A stretch of 64,000 nt of DNA from Eledone cirrhosa (lineage: Eukaryota): NCBI GenBank assembly GCA_964016885.1, contig OZ024758.1, forward strand, positions 9,362,001-9,426,000, written 5' to 3'. A model generated the notes under the pieces. The model did not search any database. It was not told the DNA's origin and saw only the letters and a program-made list of their open reading frames with translations. Numbering within the stretch: the first letter of the stretch is position 1; each line of letters opens with the position of its first letter. This document shows, in pieces, positions 55,961 through 64,000 of the stretch. A program made the translations under genes and the position numbers.

Positions 55961-58439
55961 GCTCTCTAATGTGTCGTCTGCCTCTTGGTCCCGGTCAATG
56001 GCGGCTCGTGGTTAAAATTGTTGGGGGTGCTGCTTCAGAAATTTTTAGCCATTGTTTTAATATTGTATAAAACGAAACAATCATATAAAATGAAAATTTA
56101 TACATAAACTTGATAAAATCTTAAACGGAAACTTTATTTTTTACTTACTAATAAATTGTTAAAATAAAGGCTGGTGTTTTTGACGGGACGCAAATCAGAT
56201 AGTTAATGAAATGCCAAAACTTCTCGAGCTCGATGACTGACATAGAAAAAAGAGCATGGGATTCATTTTCTAAGAATTTTAAAACGTTCGTTCCTCTCTC
56301 ATTCTTTATCTTTTATTCCTCATTCTATCTTCTGATATAAATGTTAAGACTCTTTTCCTATCTTCTGATATAAATGTTAAGACTCTTTTCCTATTATTTC
56401 AAGCGTTAAACTAATATATTTATTCATTGTACTGTGTCGTTTGCTTTGATATTTCTATTTACTTTTTACATACAGTTTTTAATTTGAAAATTTTCCTGTT
56501 AAAAGAATGAAATGTTAACACTTTCATCTAACTACACAGATTGTGTTGAATTTCAACTAATATAAAAAATATAAAAAAAAACTATTCAAAAATGTCTTTT
56601 TTATCGCTGACTGGGTAAAAAATTAATGACAAATCGCTCTCTTTTTAAAAACAAACTGAAAGTATTGACACAGAAAACGTAATCCAAAATAAAATTCAGA
56701 AAAAAAAAATGTAATTGAGAAAGAAGGTTGTGAAACAAGCTGTGTCATAGTAAATCCCAGTTGTAACAATTGTTTCTACTTATGGCACAAGGCCAGCAAT
56801 TACCCCAGTACATTACTGGTACTTTATTTTATCGACCCCGTAAGGATGAAAGGCAAAGTTGACCTCGGTGGGATTTGAACTCAGATCGTAAAAGAACGTA
56901 ACTATGCTGGAAAGCATGTCCGACCCACTACCGATACTGCCAGTTTTCTAATTTAGTCAAAAGGTCAGCAATTTTTGAGCGGGGTCAAGTTAATTATATC
57001 AAATCCAGTACCTGATTGATACTCTATTTTATCGACCTCCTCGGAAGGTTGGATTGTAAAGTAAACCAAGGTTAATTTGAACACAGATCGTAACTAACTA
57101 CCACAAAGTATTTTGTCTGACACTCTAACGATTCTGCCAACTCATCGCCTTTAAACTACAATAGTAACAATAGAATCAATCGTTTCTAATTTAGGCTAAA
57201 GGCCAGTAATTTTGGAAGGCAAGGAATGCCGATTAAATCGACCGCAGTACTGGTACTAATAATTGTTAAGATAAAGACAATGGGAGGGGGGTTTCGTCGA
57301 TCCTAATATTTGACCCCAGAAGGATGAAAAGCGAAGCTGATCCCAGTAGGATTTGGAATCAGAACATAAAGAGCTGGATTCTAAGCCAATCCCACAAACT
57401 AACAATAATAATGATGGCCACCATGGAAATGATAACGATGAGGATAATGATGATGATGATTACGATAATAATAATGATAAGCAATTTTTTTGTTTAAAAC
57501 ACTGTAAATCTGTTAAAAACAAAGACGCATGTGATTAAAATAAGACAGCACGATTTGTATAAAAATAGTATTGCTTCAAGCTAAAGAGAAAATCAATTTT
57601 CAAATACTATAATAGATTTAATTCAGCAACGAGAAAATGTTGCATTACTGCAGAATAATGTGCCAAAATGAAAGAAATAAACCCTGCCAAGTGGGTTCGA
57701 CAAATAATTTTCATATATTTCGAAGACTGTTTTTTTTTTTTTATCTTTTAATTTGTTTGCTGAGATTTCAATATTGATTTTTTTTTTAAATTTTTTACTT
57801 CGATACAAAAATCTTAAGTACATAAAGAAAAAAACAACAAAATAATTAAAGGATGTTGTGATGTTCAAACGTTTTCGAGAGGAATTTAAAATGGTTTTAC
57901 GTAGTTCAGAATTAGAATCGACTAATGGTTTCACTTTGCCCCGAAGTATATTTTCTGCTCTACGACACACTTTGTAATTCAATTGCTACATATTATGTCT
58001 GAGAGGGAAATTATAAAGACCGAGTTGATAAGGTATTAAGAGTTGTAAAGATGGTGAATTGGTAGATATGTTAGAGCGTCGGGTTACATGTCCTGTCGTA
58101 TATGTTTCGGTTATCTGCACTCTGATAATTAACGTGGTTATTTTTGCCTTTCATTCTTTCAGGGTCGATAAATAAAATACTGATTTGGAGGCGCGTGGCT
58201 TTGTGGTAAGGATGTTGGACTTACGATCATGTCGTTGTGGGTTCGATTCCTCGACTGGGTTATGTTCTGTGTTCATTTCATGTTGCTCCAGTATACTCAG
58301 CTGAAAATGAGTACCAGTAATAGCTGGTGATTTAACTTTACGACAGACTGGCGTCCTGTCCAGGGTGGAGTCAACTCTAGCCTGATGAGCCTCCGAGGTA
58401 GACTTTAGAGACTTTCAGACTATACTACGTCCTTATACG

Positions 58440-58755
58440 TCCCTCTTCCTAGATGGACAAAATAACTCTCAGTTATATACTGGATCCAGTCAATTGGTGT
58501 TCTTGTTGCAATATTAGACATGCTTGTATCTATTTCTGTATTGGGAGATACAAGCTCACGGCGGGAGAATACTTCGATCTGGTTTCGATTTTCTGCTGTC
58601 ACAAATTCTATTACAAACATGCGTGAAAGTTATAAATTCTCACTGGCCGCCACATGCCCTGAAATACAAGTTTTTTTTTTATGACGGACTATTGTCATAG
58701 TAACAGGGGCAACTTCCTCGGAACGCAGTGTTTGCGAACTTATTTTATTTTCCGG
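58440..58755 (-). mobile_element. Degraded mariner-like transposase 5' fragment
   Basis: Minus translation FVIEFVTAENRNQIEV resembles the mariner N-terminal HTH (VIEFL.AE....EI). Confidence 0.4.
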
Positions 58756-61700
58756 TCTGTGCTATTTCGTGTCCCTTTATTGCTGTGTGACAGAAGAGGA
58801 GGTGCTGCTTTCATGTCTATTTTCAGGGTCTCTGACATTCGTGGGAAGAAAATTAGAAATTATCTTTCAGATATGAATTCAGAACTGAATCGGAAACTAC
58901 ACAAAACAACAACAACATTATACTAATTCTTAAATTTTAAAGAAGTGAATCTTTAAATAAGCAATGAAATTATTTATATTTAATCAAGAGTTACGAAATT
59001 TAGTACATAAATTATGTAATATTCATTCATTATTTATTCAAAGTAATCCAACTTATTTTACAAACGGGATAAAAATATATATTCTGGATGCAGTCCCGCA
59101 GTCCTTTCTTTATTATAGTTAAGATTTTATTTTATTAACTTCTAATCATGGTTAAAATATATTTAAAGTTATTTCCCAAGTAATATTGTATGATTTATGT
59201 ATAACCGACGGCGCAAAATTGAATAACTTTCCATGCCCCAAACTAATACATTTTCCCATTTGTGAACCATCTTTGTATGTTATGACCAACAAGAGATTCT
59301 CTTTGTGCCTACTCGACTTACTAGAAGTAGCAGTCAAACTTCCTTAAAACAACTATTTGAAAAGTAAGCATTGAACAATGTGGTCGTAGGTACACTATCG
59401 TTAGAGGTGTCGGTTTAAACATGCCTCGGTATTTGTCCCGGTTTTTTGCACTCAGAGTTCAAATCCTGTCGAGGTTAACTTTGCCTTTCATCATTTGGAA
59501 TAAATCTGCTGTGTTCCGACCTGGAGAGTAATGTGCTCAACTAGATTTAAAATGTGGGAGGACGGTGTCTCCACGACTCCACCAGGCTTTAAGGGCCATT
59601 TCCTTTTTATTCTTTTTAGGTATACTTTGCATGAAAGAAAGGGGTGATCATGAATAGACCGTTTTTGACTATAAGTCTGTTGGGTCAGGTGTTACTAGGG
59701 ATTAAACAATAATATTTTGTATGTAATGAGGAGAAAATGTTAACGTCTCCAGTAAGGCTGAACACACGTCTGCTGAGACACAGAAACATAGCTAGTTTTC
59801 ATATCTTTCCTCAATGTATCAATGACGTAACTAAAATGAATTTGTGTTAACTGTAAATCGAAACCAGGCTGCAGTTCCATCTCTCTCGTAGCTGACATTT
59901 TGCTTTCAGCTACTTGCAACAGTTTTACTAATGATATTATAATAGTAAAAATAAAATAAAATGAAATGAAATAAAATAAAACTGAAATAAAAATAAATGC
60001 AAATAAATAAATGAAAAAAGTGGCACCGGAGATATAAAATGGCTGAATCTGTTCTGCCTGCAAATGGATTTATTTCATGCAGAGTGTTTCTGGAAACACC
60101 TTTGTGAATTGGGTTTTAAAGAATCGGCATATCGAATGTCCGCCCCACCCCACCCCCGCCCCCACACACGTGTAAAAGATGAAAGAGGAGGACAAGGGGA
60201 AGGAGGAAACAATAAAGAAATAAATGAGGGGAATAATCGAAACAATGACAAAGAAAAACAAGAGATCCCAAAACACAACAAAATACAAGAATACAACAAC
60301 AAAAGAAAGATGAAAAGCGAACGAAACAATAACAGCCTTGTTGTGAGGGGCTGTAAGGAGGGAGGGGTGTGTCTTGAAACAGTGAATAAAGCTTAAAAAG
60401 TATATAAATATAAAATAGTTATCATGATTTTTAAAATGTTTAATATAAAATTAACAACTAATCTTTCATCATTTCAGCTGTTTTATCTCTTTTTTTGCTT
60501 CCTTTGTGTTGTTTTTTCCCGTTTTTTCCAGCTTCCCTTTGTCTTTTTTTGTTTCCTTTATCTTTTTTGTTTCTTTTATCTGTTTTTTTTTTCGTTAATT
60601 TTTTCCCAACTTCCTCTTGTCTTTTTTGTTTCCTTTATGGTTTTTTTTCCTTTATGGTTTTTTTTCAACTTCCCCGGTTAAAAAAAAGTTTTTAATGCAA
60701 TTTACCTACTTGCATTCAATTGAAGATTTTTGATAATAATTTCGTGAAGAATAATTAGAAAAATAACAACAATATAACCCCCCCCTCCCCCATCCTCAAC
60801 AAAATATCGTTTCATTATTGTATATTTATCTCTAGATACTGGAAAGTGCTTCGAATAATGTCGTAATATATTGTAGTAATGAAATAATTTCTATAGCGTA
60901 AGTACATTAGAGGAATATAGAAAGACCAGTTCAAAGAAACACCAGCAATCCGTGTTTAATTTTTAACAAATGGGAATCGATTCACAAATATATTAAGAAA
61001 ATATTATATATAAAAAAATGAATAATCATGATAATAATTGTTTCTACTATTGGCACAAGGCCAGCAATCACCCAGTACATTACTGGTACTTTTATTTTAT
61101 CGACCCCGTAAGGATGAAAGGCAAAGTTAACCTTGGCGGGATTTGAACTCAGAATGGCAAGGGCCGTAACTCTATGCGTCAAAGCATGGCGTCCGACCCT
61201 CTACCGATACTGCCAATCCACCACCCTTTTGATAATAATGATGGTAATGGTTTCTGCTATAGGAACAAGGCCAGCAATTTGGGAGGGGGGGGGGGTCGGT
61301 TAAATCGACCCGAGTGCATTACTGGTGTTTTATTTTATCGACCCCGAAAGGATGAAAGGCAAAGCTAACCTCGGCGGGATTTGAATTCAGAACATAAAGG
61401 GCTGTCACTCAATGCCGCGAAGCAAGTTGTCCGACGCTCTACCAATATTGCCATTCTCTTAACCAATATGATATTTACCAAAAAGAGGAACATATATATA
61501 TACAGATAAATCTACCACTCAATGGTAGGGCCTAAACCGTATAAAGAACTCAATGTAATCCGTATGTAGAAGATGTCGTGAAGCAAAGTTTAAAATACAA
61601 ACATTTTTATCAACGATATAATTCAATTGGATACAGAGTCAATATAGAAATATTAAAACAATGAAATTAAACACAAAACTGTTAATTCATAGTAAAACAC

Positions 61701-61845
61701 ATTATTTTACGATCGTTTCGCGTAATATATATATACACATATGAAGAGGTAGAAAGGGGAGAGGAAGAATAAAAGGGGGGGAGTAGATAGTAACAAAATA
61801 GGGAGAGAGAAGACGTGTGACAGCGAGACATGGTAAAATATATGG

Positions 61846-62415
61846 AGAATAGGATGGCTGTGAAGTTGCTAGTTAAGGTAGGCTTAAAAATGGAATGAGA
61901 ATAAGAAGAAAGCAAGAACGGGGAGGGGGGGGGGCAGTTTCTCATCAGTTATCTACTGGGGGTCCCGGATATTTCAACGTTTTAAAGTCACTACTTGCCA
62001 CCTCATTGTTTCCCTCGCCAGACCTTCTAGCAGTCCTTTTCTCACTTACAGTCGCTGGGGTCAGTCGTGTTTTTTTCGTTCGATCACACGCTCTTGAACT
62101 TAAGTTCTGTGGTCTTGGATTTTCTTGCCTTCAGTTGCTTGCACATTCTTCGGTTTGTTGTTGTTTTTTTTTCGCTGTTTTCTCTTTTCATCTCCTTTTC
62201 TCTTCTATTTTCCTTCCCTCCCTCCTCCGTTTTCCCAATAACTTACCCAGTTATTGCACGCTCTGGGCGGTAGATATATTGTCTTTAAAGCGTTGAAACA
62301 TCCGAGACCCCCAGTAGACAACTGATGAGGACCCCCTCCCCGTTCTTGCTTTCTTATTATTCTCATTCCAGTTTTAAGCCTAACTTAACTAGCAACTATA
62401 CACCCATCCTATTCT
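61846..62415. mobile_element. Inverted-repeat element in (TA)n, Penelope-like architecture
   Basis: Arms about 61846-61990 and 62281-62415 around a pyrimidine-rich spacer. Confidence 0.55.
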
Positions 62416-62482
62416 CTCTCTCTATATATATATATTAGTGACGAAACATAAGTCAATTGCATGAACTCATAATGCTTTATTT

Positions 62483-62538
62483 ACTGCTATATATATTTCG
62501 ATGATAGCCATTGAATGGCTATGACCTCATCGGGCAGT
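62483..62538 (-). ncRNA. Minimal type I hammerhead ribozyme-like motif (U4C variant)
   Basis: Minus: ACTGC-CCGATGA-GGTcATAGCCA-ttcaa-TGGCTATcATC-GAAA-TATAT-ATA-GCAGT, followed by AATAAA. Confidence 0.65.
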
Positions 62539-63316
62539 TAGTCAGTTCTTAGATATGCCAGCTCTGTGTTTATAGTGTTGATGGTATCAGAGCCTTGGGA
62601 CATATTATATATATATATATATATATATATAAATCGAACTATCGATAGCCATGAGTTTGCGTTTGACCAGCAAGCTGTATATACGAGGATAAAAGAAAAG
62701 GCCCTTTCTCGGGAAGATCTGAAATGATTTAAGGCTAAGATCTAGAATGAATGTAAGTTTTCAAACCATAATGGATAATGAGTGAATTAAACCGGAAATG
62801 ATTAGTTTACCGCCATCTTGGAAGCTTCTGACGATATTGATCAGCTTGAGGAGGATGTCAATCCAACAATAATAATAATGATGATATTAATAACCCCTCC
62901 AAACACCCCACCCCCACACACACCCAACACACCCACACTCAAAGAAACAACCCCTTGGATCTTTAGAGGATTTCAACGTCTTTTAATAAGATAATTTTAC
63001 GTTTTCTAAATAGAAGTATATTCTATCTCACAAGATGTTGTTGTTGATTTAGTTTAATTACAGAAACTCTTTCACTTTCTTCTTCTTATAACTGCTATAT
63101 CCTGCTTAGAATTAAATCATTTACATAATTTACCATGGAATTGGGTCGAAAGGAATAATATCAAAGGAACGAAGAAAGAGGAAATAAAAATATAAACAGA
63201 AAAAAAAAATGAAAAGAACATAACACCCCCCCCCCCCCTCCTAAAAAAATCTGACTTAGTTGTAAAATATAGTTGAGTGTAGCTAAATATTAAAGTTAAT
63301 CATAGGTCAGCCTCGA

Positions 63317-64000
<684 letters not shown>

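Noticed and set aside
58188-58260. tRNA gene
   Set aside because: The tRNA-like head continues into a SINE body and has no complete cloverleaf; the same applies to the other SINE heads.
59740-60063. 107-aa minus-strand ORF as an exon of a second gene
   Set aside because: No recognisable homology, partly low-complexity, and no clear splice sites.
62290-62335. GAAAC...CTGATGAG as a type II hammerhead
   Set aside because: No NUH triplet or stems could be formed by hand.

Overview
AT-rich, repeat-dense animal genomic DNA. The SINE/RTE families and microsatellite load suggest an octopod cephalopod (inference). The window holds the 3' part of an axonemal dynein heavy chain gene, best matching DNAH10, on the + strand. 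I traced 34 GT-AG exons by hand from 843 to the stop at 51485. Their phases are mutually consistent and they give 6465 nt, or 2154 aa plus stop (AAA2 end, AAA3, AAA4, stalk/MTBD, AAA5, AAA6, C-terminal domain). Introns and the 3' flank are filled with tRNA-derived SINEs, RTE and CR1/L2-type LINE fragments, TA-, TTAA- and hAT-type MITEs, two TG..CA elements with 4-bp TSDs, and mini/microsatellites. The most unusual signals are: (1) many minimal hammerhead-ribozyme motifs in Penelope-like fold-back elements embedded in (TA)n, densest in one intron (22.7-25.2 kb); (2) a 124-bp unique flank copied in inverted orientation 7.5 kb away into a mariner MITE; (3) five duplications of DNAH10 splice sites, one created by a SINE TSD; (4) a same-site stack of four SINEs. 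All calls are by eye; no alignment or folding software was run.
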